From an uncultured Chloroflexia bacterium (GTDB lineage: Bacteria; Chloroflexota; Limnocylindria; Limnocylindrales; CSP1-4): DNA of 64,000 nt. The stretch covers positions 863,437 to 927,436 of the forward strand of contig CAVRFC010000005.1 in the NCBI GenBank assembly GCA_963720315.1. Direction: 5' to 3'. Shown here piece after piece: positions 27,156 to 36,642 of this stretch (the stretch's first letter is position 1; each line of letters starts with the position of its first letter). The position numbers were made by a program, and so were the translations under genes. Under the pieces are notes generated by a model. It made no database searches. It worked only from the letters and a program-made list of their open reading frames with translations, and had not been told where the DNA came from.

Positions 27156-28622
27156 TCAGCGAGCGGAGAGTCCGGCGTCGTCCGGCTCGGTCAGTGTCAA
27201 GGACCGGGCAGCGCGCGATGTGGTTGCCCGGGTACGCTTCCGGGGCTCTCCTCGGCCGCCGGCCGTGGCGGCCGCCCGAGCTGCGACGGGTGCTCGGACG
27301 TCGACCGCCATCGTCGCCGGGGCGGTATCGGCGCGGGCAGAGCGGCGCAGGCGGATCGGTCCGCGCTCAGTCAGGATCACGCCGGACGGCGACGCTCCGA
27401 TGAGTCGAAGGGACTCGCCCGCGAACGCGACATCCTCGCGGCGGGACCGGTCGCGCCGGGCGACGAGGATGACGGAGTCGGCCGCACGGGCTAGGGCGAG
27501 GGTGACTGGCGATGCCTGGATTGGCGCGCCGACGATCACGACGAGGCCGTCGTCGCCGGCCAGCTTCGCGACGACCTCCCGCAGTTGTTCCGGGTCGGCC
27601 CCGTCCAGCCGGGCGCGGCCTGCCGGCAGGAGCGAGAGCGATCCCTCGCGGTCGGCCTGACGCACGGGAACGAGACCGTCTGCGAGCAGCTCGGACAGCC
27701 CGGCGCGGTCCTCCATGCCGTTGATCCGGGTAACGGTCCCGCCGGCCCCGGCTCCGTCGACGAGGACGACATGGCGCCCGAACCGGCTCAGCGCGGCCGC
27801 CAGGTTGGCGCCGACGACGGCCGCCTCGCCCTCCCGCTCGACGTCGGTCACCAGGATGGACCGGAGGGTTGCCCGCTCCGGCCCGAGGGCGACCTTCGCC
27901 GAGATGAGGCGGTACGGTGCCGCCGAACGAGACCCCGGTGTCGTAAGCACGACGAGATCCTCGGGTCCCGGCGGGTCTCCGCTCGGGGCGGGGACGGCTC
28001 CGAGGAACGGCGCCTGGGCGATCTTCGCCAGTTCCTGGCCAGTCCGGATGGTGTTGCCGAAGTATTCGAGCAGGAGGACGAGGATGATCGCCACGACGAC
28101 GCCGGCCAGGGCCGCGAGCAGGACGAGGAGCGAGACCTGGGGCGCGACGGGAGTCGTCTCGGGCCGGGCGAACTCGATGATCTGGATGAGACCCTCCGGC
28201 CGGCTGAGGCCGCGCGACGTCAGCTGCTCGAGCTCTGTCGCAAGCGTGTTGGCAAGCTTCGTCGCGACCTCCGGATCGCCTGCCTGGACACGGATCGTCA
28301 GGATTCGAGTCACGTCGTTGGCGGTCGCGCGCGTCGCGGCCGCGAAGTCGTCGGGGCTCAGATCGAGCCCCAGCTCCTGGATCGTCGAGGTGAGAACCTC
28401 GCGCGTCGTCACGTACTGGGCGAAGGTCTGCACGAGCGCCTGGCTCGCTCGAAGCGTGTCGGTATCGGTGTTCAACGGCCCGACCAGGACCTTGACCTGC
28501 GATTCGTACGTGGGCGCGATCGTCTGGGCGACAAGGTAGCCGCTCAGGCCGGCGATCCAGGCAGCGACGACCAGCGTCCACCACCAACGCTTGGCGACTG
28601 CTAGATACCCGGACAGCTCCAA
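27156..28622 (-). CDS. Polysaccharide co-polymerase (Wzz domain) fused to a degenerate, probably inactive BY-kinase-like P-loop domain
   Basis: The N-terminus YLAVAKRWWWTLVV...YESQVKVLVGP is Wzz-like, followed by a second TM. The C-terminal domain is colinear with CpsD/Wzc kinases, but Walker A is REGEAAV (no GK[ST]) and there is no C-terminal Tyr cluster. Confidence 0.8.
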   Translation of the reverse strand: MELSGYLAVAKRWWWTLVVAAWIAGLSGYLVAQTIAPTYESQVKVLVGPLNTDTDTLRASQALVQTFAQYVTTREVLTSTIQELGLDLSPDDFAAATRATANDVTRILTIRVQAGDPEVATKLANTLATELEQLTSRGLSRPEGLIQIIEFARPETTPVAPQVSLLVLLAALAGVVVAIILVLLLEYFGNTIRTGQELAKIAQAPFLGAVPAPSGDPPGPEDLVVLTTPGSRSAAPYRLISAKVALGPERATLRSILVTDVEREGEAAVVGANLAAALSRFGRHVVLVDGAGAGGTVTRINGMEDRAGLSELLADGLVPVRQADREGSLSLLPAGRARLDGADPEQLREVVAKLAGDDGLVVIVGAPIQASPVTLALARAADSVILVARRDRSRREDVAFAGESLRLIGASPSGVILTERGPIRLRRSARADTAPATMAVDVRAPVAARAAATAGGRGEPRKRTRATTSRAARSLTLTEPDDAGLSAR

Positions 28623-28760
28623 GTTTTGTTCCTCAGGATCCGCGCTTGGCCGGACGGGGCGCGGGAGCCGCGTCGTCTTCCGGTCGGTGGGTGCAGCCTA
28701 TCATCGACACCCGGAGGGGCGGGCATTGGGCGGCCGGCGGCTCCCGCCCGGACGCTGACA

Positions 28761-29738
28761 TCAACGGACCATCTGCACGCGGACCGCCGACAGCGGCGTC
28801 CGAACCGAGACATTGATCCGGCGGAGCAGGAGCCAGCTCGCCGTGCGCAGGTCGTTCACGCCCCGTGCAGTCGTGAAGGCAATCCGGAGACCCGCCGCGC
28901 TGACGGCCTCGGCGACCGCGGGCGAGGCCGCCCCTGACGGATAGGCGAAGACCGGCAGGTTCGACCCGGTCTCGCGAGCGAGGTCATCCCGGGAACCCGC
29001 GATCTCGGCCTCGAGGGCTTTCGGCTCCAGGCGGGGCAACAGCGGATGTGTCCGCGTATGGGGCGCCAGCGCTGCTCCTTCGCCGGCCAGGTCACGGAGC
29101 TTGGCCCAGCCGAGCACGAGGTTCCCGGGCTGCTCGCCGCCGAGCTCCTCGACGAGCCGATCGACTGCCTCGAGCATTCGATCGTGGGCCATCGCCTTCA
29201 ATGCATCCCGGATCGCGCGGTACGCGCGGACCCGCTCCTGGGCCGATCCGAGGGGCAACTCGCCGCTCGGGGACACAACGGAGGGACGCGACGACGTCGA
29301 AACGGCCCGATGGATACGGTCCCACCAGAAGCTGAGCGTTGGAGCGTCCGGGTAGGCGGTCGGTACGAACAGGACAGCCGACAGCCCGCGCGCGCGGAGC
29401 GCCGGCCAGGCGTGCTCGGCGAAGTCGACATAGGCGTCGTCGAACGTGAGCAGCAGTGACCGAGGCGGGAGGGCCGGGCCGCCGTTCGAACGCCGGATGA
29501 GGTCGTCGACTGAGATCACCGCGTGGCGCTTGGCGAGCGTATCGAGCAGCTCGCAGAAGCTGGCCGGGGTCGCGCTGAGCAGTCCGGGCGCGACGTCGAC
29601 GCCGGGCGGCGCGACGCGATGGAATGTCAGGACCGCCAGTGAGTCCGGCCGGCGAGGCACGAGCCGCTCGAGGATGTCGACCGCCGCCGCCGCGGGCGGG
29701 CCGGCGGCGAGCGCCCGAAGAACGCCTGTGAGCGCCAT
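28761..29738 (-). CDS. Polysaccharide deacetylase (NodB/CE4 family)
   Basis: LLLTFDDAYVDF (TFDD motif), HTRTHPLL (H-x-x-x-H) and FAYPSG. ATG at 29738 lies 2 nt after the upstream stop; the Arg-rich ORF extension to 30014 was rejected. Confidence 0.85.
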   Translation of the reverse strand: MALTGVLRALAAGPPAAAAVDILERLVPRRPDSLAVLTFHRVAPPGVDVAPGLLSATPASFCELLDTLAKRHAVISVDDLIRRSNGGPALPPRSLLLTFDDAYVDFAEHAWPALRARGLSAVLFVPTAYPDAPTLSFWWDRIHRAVSTSSRPSVVSPSGELPLGSAQERVRAYRAIRDALKAMAHDRMLEAVDRLVEELGGEQPGNLVLGWAKLRDLAGEGAALAPHTRTHPLLPRLEPKALEAEIAGSRDDLARETGSNLPVFAYPSGAASPAVAEAVSAAGLRIAFTTARGVNDLRTASWLLLRRINVSVRTPLSAVRVQMVR

Positions 29739-29740
29739 CC

Positions 29741-31027
29741 TCAGCCGGCCGGGCGCGCGGCGTCTACCCTCGCCGGGTCGGCGGCCTCGGCCGGCCTCCG
29801 GCCCACGGCCGTCGAGAACAGGCGCCTGCCGGCTGCCCGGAACCCGGCGGCCGCGGTGTGCACGACGTCCGCGACGAACGGCAGCGGATCGTGCCGCGAG
29901 AAGACCGCCTCGACCTTCGGGCCCCTCACGGACGTCAGCCAATCGCCGACCGACAGCTGACCGCGACGGGCTCGGACGAGCGCGGCCTGGAGGTCGTGGC
30001 GCCAGTAGATCCACTTGACGCCGCGATATTCCTGCGTCACCGCGTCCGGCAAGGGCTCGCCGAGGGCGTCCCGGTATGCGGACATGAGGAGCTCCACGCC
30101 ACCCTTCTCGGCGATCGCCGACCGGCCGGTCGGCCGCCCGATGTTCGGCTCGATGATCATCAGCCGGCCGGTCCGTTCATCCTCCTTCGCCTCGACGTAA
30201 CCGAGTCCCCGGTAGGCAACGCTCCCGAAGAGGTCCCGGGCGATCGACTCGGCCTCCGGGCTTCGCACCTCCTCGCCGAGGCAGCTCGTGCCGGTGTCGA
30301 GGGGCCATTGCCGGAGCTTGCGAGCGACGAAGGAGACGCGCTGCGCCGATGCCCGGTCGTAATAGGTGTTGACCGAGTAGAGCGAACGTTCGGGGCCCGG
30401 GACCCACGACTGGGCGATCAGGACGTCCGCCCAGGAAGCGCAAGCGTCGTAGCGGGCGAGCAGCTCGTCGGGCGTCTCGACTCGGATCGCCTTCGCCTTC
30501 GTGGCAGCGAGCCACGCTGGGCCCTTGAGGCCGGGCTTCAGGACCGCCGGGAACGTCAGGGACGCCGCTGCGAGTTCGGCGTCGGCCCGCGAGCGGAGGA
30601 CGGCCGTCGGCGGGATCGCCAGGCCCGTTGCGATCGCGTGCTCGGCGAAGCCGACCTTGTCCATGAGCCGCTCGACGTCGGCGTGGTCGGGCAGGACGAA
30701 TCGGAACGCACCGGCCAGGCGTTCGCGGCCGGCGGAGATCGCAAGCACCGCCGCGTCGGTGCAGGGGATGAGCACGCCCGGCTGGTCGAGGCGGGCGCCG
30801 AGCGCCACGAGGGCGTCGACGAGCGCCTCGCCACGGAGCGTTGCCCGGACGATCGCGATCGGCAGCCGGGTCCGGGCGCAGAAGTGCTGCGCATCGGCGA
30901 CGACGCCAACGACCGGGATGCCCCGAGCCTCGAAGATCCGGGTCGACTGCAGGCCGGTGATGCAGTCCAGCCCGACGATGACGGCGGGCGGGCGGTCGGT
31001 CGGGATCCGACCCGTCGCTCGGATCAA
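29741..31027 (-). CDS. ATP-grasp carboxylate-amine/thiol ligase-like protein (COG3919-like)
   Basis: FPAVLKPGLKG, YSVNTYYD and GLGYVEAKEDERTGRLMIIEPNIGRPTG (ATP-grasp E-x-N). The TTG start at 31027 overlaps the PepM stop (TTGA). Confidence 0.7.
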   Translation of the reverse strand: MIRATGRIPTDRPPAVIVGLDCITGLQSTRIFEARGIPVVGVVADAQHFCARTRLPIAIVRATLRGEALVDALVALGARLDQPGVLIPCTDAAVLAISAGRERLAGAFRFVLPDHADVERLMDKVGFAEHAIATGLAIPPTAVLRSRADAELAAASLTFPAVLKPGLKGPAWLAATKAKAIRVETPDELLARYDACASWADVLIAQSWVPGPERSLYSVNTYYDRASAQRVSFVARKLRQWPLDTGTSCLGEEVRSPEAESIARDLFGSVAYRGLGYVEAKEDERTGRLMIIEPNIGRPTGRSAIAEKGGVELLMSAYRDALGEPLPDAVTQEYRGVKWIYWRHDLQAALVRARRGQLSVGDWLTSVRGPKVEAVFSRHDPLPFVADVVHTAAAGFRAAGRRLFSTAVGRRPAEAADPARVDAARPAG

Positions 31028-31935
31028 GCCGGACCGGCCTCGTCCTCGAGGGCGATCGCTTCCTTCGTGCCGACGAGGTCGAAAATGTGATTGACCGACA
31101 CGATGTCGTCCTCGACGTCGGACGCTCGCCCGGCGACGGCCAGCTTGGCGAGGGTCGCCTCCATCGCCCCAACCGCGGCGCGCATCGGATGGTTGGCAAG
31201 GATGACGAGGTTGAAGCCCCGCTCGTAGAGCTGGGCCGACGAGAAGGTCGGGAAGAGCGTCGGAACGGCGACCAGGGGGAGCTTGCCGAAGCCCTTCCAC
31301 GACGACAGGAATCCGTCGATCTCGGCCAGGGTCTTGTCGCGCGAGTGGATGAGGATGGCGTCGACGCCGGCATCAGCGTAGGCATCGGCGCGTTCGCAGG
31401 CGTCTTCCACGCCGTGACCGGCGATCAGGCTCTCGACCCGGGCGATGAGGATGAAGTCATCGGTCTGCTGCGCCCGCTTCGCCGCCCGCAACCGGCGTGC
31501 CTGCTCTGCCGCCGGGATCAACTCGCGCTTCGTCTCCGCGCCGAGGAGGCTGTTCCGCTTGGGGAACAGGTTGTCCTCGATGCTGATCCCCGAGATCCCG
31601 GCCCGCTCGTACTCCACGAGCGTGCGCACGACGTTGCCGAGTCCCCCGAAGCCGTTGTCGCAGTCGGCGATGACCGGGAGCTCAGTTGCGCCGTCGATCC
31701 GCTGGGCCGCCGCAAGCGCCTCCGACATCGTCGTGAGGTTCAAGTCGGGCAGGGCATGGGCCATCGTCGCGACGCCAAGCCCGCTGACCCAGACGGCGTC
31801 GAAGCCGTGCTCGCCGATCAGCTTTGCGCTCAGGGCATCGTGAGCCCCGACGGCGACGATCGATCGGGTGCCGTGGAGGCCTTCCTTGAGTCGCCTCCGC
31901 TTGGCGTCCGCCCTATTCACGGTGGCTCGGGACAT
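31024..31935 (-). CDS. pepM: Phosphoenolpyruvate mutase (PepM)-like, isocitrate-lyase/PEP-mutase superfamily, with variant motif EDNLFPKRNS
   Basis: WVSGLG...LPDLN, PVIADCDNGFG, GISIEDNLFPKRNSL (PepM hallmark EDK-X5-NS with K->N), ARVES and ILIHS, colinear with characterised PepM as I remember it. Confidence 0.75.
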   Translation of the reverse strand: MSRATVNRADAKRRRLKEGLHGTRSIVAVGAHDALSAKLIGEHGFDAVWVSGLGVATMAHALPDLNLTTMSEALAAAQRIDGATELPVIADCDNGFGGLGNVVRTLVEYERAGISGISIEDNLFPKRNSLLGAETKRELIPAAEQARRLRAAKRAQQTDDFILIARVESLIAGHGVEDACERADAYADAGVDAILIHSRDKTLAEIDGFLSSWKGFGKLPLVAVPTLFPTFSSAQLYERGFNLVILANHPMRAAVGAMEATLAKLAVAGRASDVEDDIVSVNHIFDLVGTKEAIALEDEAGPA

Positions 31936-32881
31936 GGATCGGGGACATCTGTTCCTCCGCGGACACTGGATCGAAACGATCGATGATTGCGATGACTTCC
32001 TGGCCGATTTCCTCCTGCGCGTCGATCGTCTGCGCGCCGATGTGCGGCGTCAGGACGACATTCGGCAGGTCCGCCAACGGCGATCGCTTGCCCTCGCCCT
32101 CTGCCACGTGGACATCGAGTGCGGCGCCGCGGAGCCGGCCGCCGGGCTGCAGGGCGTCGAAGAGCGCCGCCTCGTCCACGACGCCGCCACGGGCGATATT
32201 CACGAGGAAGGCGCCGGGCTTGACCTTTGCCAGCTCAGCCGCGCCGATCATCCCGCGGGTGGTGTCACTGAGGGGGACATGCAGAGAAATGAAGTCGCCC
32301 TCGACGAGGACGCGATCGAGGTCGGCGAGGTCGATCCCCTGGTCGGCGAAGGCACGCGAACGCTCCTCGCTCGGACGCTCGACGACGCCGATCGGGCGCA
32401 TTCCCCAGGCCCCGCCAAGAGCCGCAACGCGGGAGCCGATCGAGCCAAGCCCCACGATCCCGAGCCGCTTGCCGCGCAGGTTGTAGCCCACCAGCTCGGA
32501 CTTCGCCCAGTGGGCCGCCCGCAGATGGCGATCGGCCAGGACGATGCTGCGGGCCAGCGCGATCATCAGGCCGAACGTCAACTCGGCGACGGCCTGGGCG
32601 CCGGGTCCCGGGATGCGGATCAGCTCGATTCCGCGCTCGCGGACCGTCGCGAGGTCGAGGTTGTCGAGCCCGGAGCCGGCGCGGACCAGGAGCCGCAGGT
32701 CGGGTGCGGCGAGCACGCCCGGCCCGATGCTGACGCCGCTCCGGAAGACGATCGCCTGGCGGTCGGACGCGGCCTCAGCGAGGACGTCCTCGGACGCGCC
32801 GATTGCCGTCCGGACATCGTGCCTCGACTGGAGTGCCGCGAGCGCGCCGGGGGCGATCTGGCTCGCGACGAGGATTCGCAT
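31913..32881 (-). CDS. D-isomer-specific 2-hydroxyacid dehydrogenase (SerA/PGDH-like); candidate phosphonopyruvate reductase
   Basis: GKRLGIVGLGSIGSRVA (NAD fold), NIARGGVVDE and TPHIGAQT (catalytic His). Its 3' end overlaps the pepM start by 23 nt, and its ATG shares one nt with the upstream TGA. Confidence 0.85.
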   Translation of the reverse strand: MRILVASQIAPGALAALQSRHDVRTAIGASEDVLAEAASDRQAIVFRSGVSIGPGVLAAPDLRLLVRAGSGLDNLDLATVRERGIELIRIPGPGAQAVAELTFGLMIALARSIVLADRHLRAAHWAKSELVGYNLRGKRLGIVGLGSIGSRVAALGGAWGMRPIGVVERPSEERSRAFADQGIDLADLDRVLVEGDFISLHVPLSDTTRGMIGAAELAKVKPGAFLVNIARGGVVDEAALFDALQPGGRLRGAALDVHVAEGEGKRSPLADLPNVVLTPHIGAQTIDAQEEIGQEVIAIIDRFDPVSAEEQMSPIHVPSHRE

Positions 32882-33754
32882 CACGAACCTGCCACCGACG
32901 GGTTGTCCACGATCGTCGGCTGCCCGATCGAGGCGACCAGTTCGTCGACCGGGGCCGGCGGCGGGACCGGTGCCTGCGTCCCTTCGGCCGGCGCAGCGAC
33001 GCCCTTCGCCTGGCCGCTCACGTCGCCGACGATGGTGCCGCCCGATACGAAGGCGACGATTCGTCCGACGACGTCGTCGATCACTTCGCCAACGGGCCGG
33101 TCGGCGTCGACCACCTGGAACGCCGGGAGGACACGCTCGAGATCGAGGTACTCGAGCCGGCGCTTCGCTACTCGCTCGAGCGATTCTCCCGGCTTGCGCG
33201 CGGATCAGGACCTCCGGCGGGGCGTCGAGGAACAGCGTCAGCTCCGGCTTCGGATACCAGTGGCGAAGCACATAGCCGTGAATTCGCGCGTCGAGCGGCC
33301 GCCGACCGTTGGTCGGGGCGATCGTGGTTGCGTAGTAGTCGGCGAAGAAGTGACGATCGAAGACGACGAGCGCAGGGCGTCGCTGGATGCGCCGGGCGAG
33401 GGCGGCCCGATAGGCCTCCTCGGCGAGCCAGTTCGTGATCCGGATCAGCCGCCGGGCGGCCACGAGCAGGCCACCGCGACGCGAGTCCGGTTCCGAATGG
33501 CCGACCGTCATGTCAGGGTTGCCGCCGCGCCGGCGCTTGATGGCCAGGGCCAGGCGGGTCGTCGGGAGCATGACCGGGCTCGCCGCGAGGTTGACGCCCA
33601 TGTAGAGGTAGCCGGCGTCGAAGGGCAGTCGCCCGATCAGTTCGTGGGCGACGGTCGACTTGCCGGCGCCGTCGATTCCGATGAGCGCGACGCTTCGACC
33701 GATCCTCTCGGGTGGGGCTGGCGACGCCCTACCGGCCGCGTCGTAGTTCCTCAT
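32881..33754 (-). pseudogene. P-loop nucleoside/nucleotide-kinase-like protein (thymidylate-kinase fold), frame break near 33200
   Basis: VALIGIDGAGKSTVAHEL (Walker A) and VVFDRHFFADY. After LDAPPEVLI the homologous continuation RKPGESLERVAKRRLEYLDLERVLPAFQVVDADRPVGEVIDDVV lies in another frame (ORF 32881..33114). Confidence 0.65.
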
Positions 33755-33913
33755 CTGCGTACTAGGACCCCCACCGGAATGCACCGGCGGCGCCGCCGGA
33801 GTCAACGAACCGGGAGTGTAGGTCAAGTTGGGGCCCGCTTGCGCGGGCTGATGGTGCCCGACGCACCGGTCAGGGCCATATCGCGCGCGGAATGTGTTGC
33901 AGGTCAGCAACAT

Positions 33914-35063
33914 TCACGAAGGTGCGTCAGCCGGAAGACCGATTGCCCCGGCGATCAGCCCGTGAAGCGCCGGGATATCCGGCGGGTAAGGGTGCCGGAC
34001 GGAGACGCACGGCTTCCCGCCGAACGCGTCGATCAGGCATTGCTCGACGATGGCCGGCAGCGACTCGATGAACGGGTTGCGGCGATCGGGGAAGGCGTAC
34101 CGGAACGTGAGATAGAGCGCCTGGAGATCGAGGAGCTCGTGGACCACGGTTGCCGCCGTGCGGCGGGCGACGATCGTCCCGTCGATCGGCTCGGCGGCGG
34201 CCTCCGGTTCGCTCGAACTCTCGACCAGGACAACGGCGTCGAGCGGCGTGAGGCCCACCGAGACGCGCCCATCGAAAACGCGCTTCGGCGGGATCTGGAG
34301 CGATCGCTGGTTGTCGGCCATCGCCCCGAGCCGTCGGGCGACGTCGCCAGGGGCCGACGAGCGGATCAATGGCAGGCGCGCGGCGCCGGCGAGGAGTCGC
34401 GCGACCGACGCAGCCGCCCCCAGCCGGAGGCGTCGACCCGTCCCGATCCGGTCTCGCAGCTCGAGGCACCATCGCAAGCTGCCAGTCCCATAGCCGCATG
34501 GGCTCGGGAAGGCCGGCCATCGCGGACCCATCGGCGGTCACGAAGACCCACTCGTCGCCGACATAGGTCGCGCCGCGGTCGGCGAACGCCAGCAGCACCT
34601 CGGACTTGCCGCCCTTCGCCCATCCCGTCACCAGCGTTCCGCGGCCGCCCGCGATGAACGCGCTGGCATGGACCGGGACGATCCCCTTCGAGAGGAGCGT
34701 CAGGTTGATGATCGGAAGGAGGTAGGGGACAGCTGAGAGCCCGCGCTCGGCGACGATCTCGAGCGGTGTCGTGCCGATCTGGGCGACCGGGATCGTGACG
34801 TTGACAGTCGTCTTGCGGCGCCCGCGCAGGACGACAAACTCATCGTCGCCGTAGGCCGCTTCTCGACCGAGCGGTCGGAGGACGCCGCGAACCTCGAGGC
34901 GGTCGACGAAACGTATGGTGATGTCGCCGGTTGCCGCGTCGACCTGGGGCAGGGGTCCGAGCTGGCTGGTGATGGCCGCGACCTCGGGTCGGCCGGCATC
35001 CACGAGGGCGATCGTCAGCAGCCCGTGGAGATCGAGGACGGTCGTGGCCCGATCAGACGACAC
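33914..35063 (-). pseudogene. HPr-kinase-related (HprK C-terminal-like) P-loop protein, frame break near 34480
   Basis: HASAFIAGGRGTLVTGWAKGGKSEVLLAF resembles the HprK P-loop (G-x-S-G-x-GKSE). The C-terminal half continues in ORF 33914..34531. GTG at 35063 overlaps the flippase stop by 11 nt. Confidence 0.6.
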
Positions 35064-36630
35064 GGCGCTCGACCTCGCTCTCCGGCTTGCCAATCAGCTC
35101 GCGAATTACTGGGATCTTCAGCAACTCCGGAAAGTAGCGGCCGATCTGGAGTGAGCTGCGGGTGATGCCAAGGAGCCCGACGGAGACGGCCGCAACGAGC
35201 GGGACTCCGAGAAGCAGCGGCATGTTGGTGACCAGCTGGACAAACGTCAGCGCCGCGAGCGCGGCCGCGATCGTCAGGTACGTCAGGACGTGCCGAAGCG
35301 AGGGCAAGCCGATCGCCGATAGAGAAAGACCCGCCTGGTAGAGCAGGTTCTGGATGATCAGGGTCGATGCCGTCGCGACGCCCGCCCCGAGCGCGCCGTA
35401 CGAGCCGATGAGCAGGACGCTGGCCGTGAGGCTGATGACCGCCGACAGGACGTCGACCGCGACGATGAAACGGACCGATCCCTGGACCCGGAGCGTCAGC
35501 GCATTGAAGCCGAGCGCGGCATTGACGTAATGGCCGATTGAGAGGACGGCGAGGACTGCGGCCGCGTCCGCATACGCCGCGCCGAACAGGAGCACGGTCA
35601 GGGGCCCGGCGAGCGCGACCGTCAGGGCGAGCGCCGGGAACGTCGCCACGGCGATCCAGGCCGAGGTCTGCCAGTACATGTTGCGCAACCGGTTGTACTC
35701 GCCCCGGGCGAACAGGCGTGCGGCGACCGGGACGAACAGGAAGCCGAAGCTCTGGTAGATGACGAGGTTCTGGCGAGCGAGGGGCAGCACGGCGGCGTAG
35801 GCGGCCACTTCGTTCGACGTTGCCAGGCGCTGGAGGATGATGACGACCGCCGACGTCCGTAGCAGGAAGACAACATCGGACGACAGCAACGGCAGGGTGA
35901 AACCGAACATCGCCCGGACCGGAAGGCTGAAGTCGCGGCGCAGGATCCGGCCCGCGATCCCCTTTTGTTCCAGCAGCCGGGCGAGGAGTATCGCGAACGC
36001 GGCCGCCCCGACGATTCCCGCAACGACATAGCCGATCGCCAGGACCTCCGCGGGTTGGTCGGCGAGGATGACGACGGCGACGACGATCAGCTGCAGCCCC
36101 GGCGCGAGAATGTTGCGTCGAAGGACGATCGAGCGGGCGCTCCCGAAGATCGCGAAGCAGGCGGTCGCGAGGCTGTCGAAGGCGCGAACGGGAGCGAGAA
36201 GGAAGAGAAACAGCATCAGCTGTCGAGCGAGCTCGTTCTCGACGATGTCGGTGCCGAACCTGGACTGAAGGCCGATGAGGGCGAGCAGCATCGCGGCACA
36301 GACCCCGCCGACGACACCGAACGCGAGGACCAGGGAGCCCGCCAGCCGACGCTCGTCCCGCTGCTCCTCGTAGAGAGGCACGAACCGCGAGATCGTCTTG
36401 TCGAGGCCGAGCAGGGCCACGGTCGCCGCCAGCGAGGCCACGGACAGGCCGAAGGCGAATGCTCCGAACTCCGTCCGCGACAGCGCCCTGACGATGAGGA
36501 TCTGCGTCGACAGATCGAGTATCAGCCCGATGAACTTCCCGAAGACGAGGATCGTCGAGCCGCGGAAGTGGCCGGCCTCTTCGTGAAGCGTCCCCTCCTC
36601 GCCCGCGGCTACCCGATCTTCCGGCTCCAT
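35053..36630 (-). CDS. Wzx-type polysaccharide flippase (MOP/PST family)
   Basis: About 12-14 TM helices; N-terminus ILVFGKFIGLILDLSTQILIVRALSRTEFGAFAF is typical of polysaccharide-biosynthesis (Wzx) proteins. First gene of the minus-strand operon. Confidence 0.85.
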   Translation of the reverse strand: MEPEDRVAAGEEGTLHEEAGHFRGSTILVFGKFIGLILDLSTQILIVRALSRTEFGAFAFGLSVASLAATVALLGLDKTISRFVPLYEEQRDERRLAGSLVLAFGVVGGVCAAMLLALIGLQSRFGTDIVENELARQLMLFLFLLAPVRAFDSLATACFAIFGSARSIVLRRNILAPGLQLIVVAVVILADQPAEVLAIGYVVAGIVGAAAFAILLARLLEQKGIAGRILRRDFSLPVRAMFGFTLPLLSSDVVFLLRTSAVVIILQRLATSNEVAAYAAVLPLARQNLVIYQSFGFLFVPVAARLFARGEYNRLRNMYWQTSAWIAVATFPALALTVALAGPLTVLLFGAAYADAAAVLAVLSIGHYVNAALGFNALTLRVQGSVRFIVAVDVLSAVISLTASVLLIGSYGALGAGVATASTLIIQNLLYQAGLSLSAIGLPSLRHVLTYLTIAAALAALTFVQLVTNMPLLLGVPLVAAVSVGLLGITRSSLQIGRYFPELLKIPVIRELIGKPESEVERRVV

Positions 36631-36642
36631 CAAGGCCGACGC

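Noticed and set aside
28761-31300. N-terminal extensions of the deacetylase (to 30014) and ATP-grasp (to 31300) ORFs.
   Set aside because: The extensions are Arg/Gly/Pro-rich and overlap the upstream genes by hundreds of nt. The internal starts (ATG 29738, TTG 31027) give 2-nt spacing and a 4-nt overlap, typical of this operon.
31868-34657. 929-aa plus-strand ORF across the dehydrogenase/kinase/HprK-like region.
   Set aside because: It is antisense to genes with clear motifs (GxGxxG, Walker A). The translation is Arg/Asp/Gly-rich without any recognisable domain. Shadow ORF.
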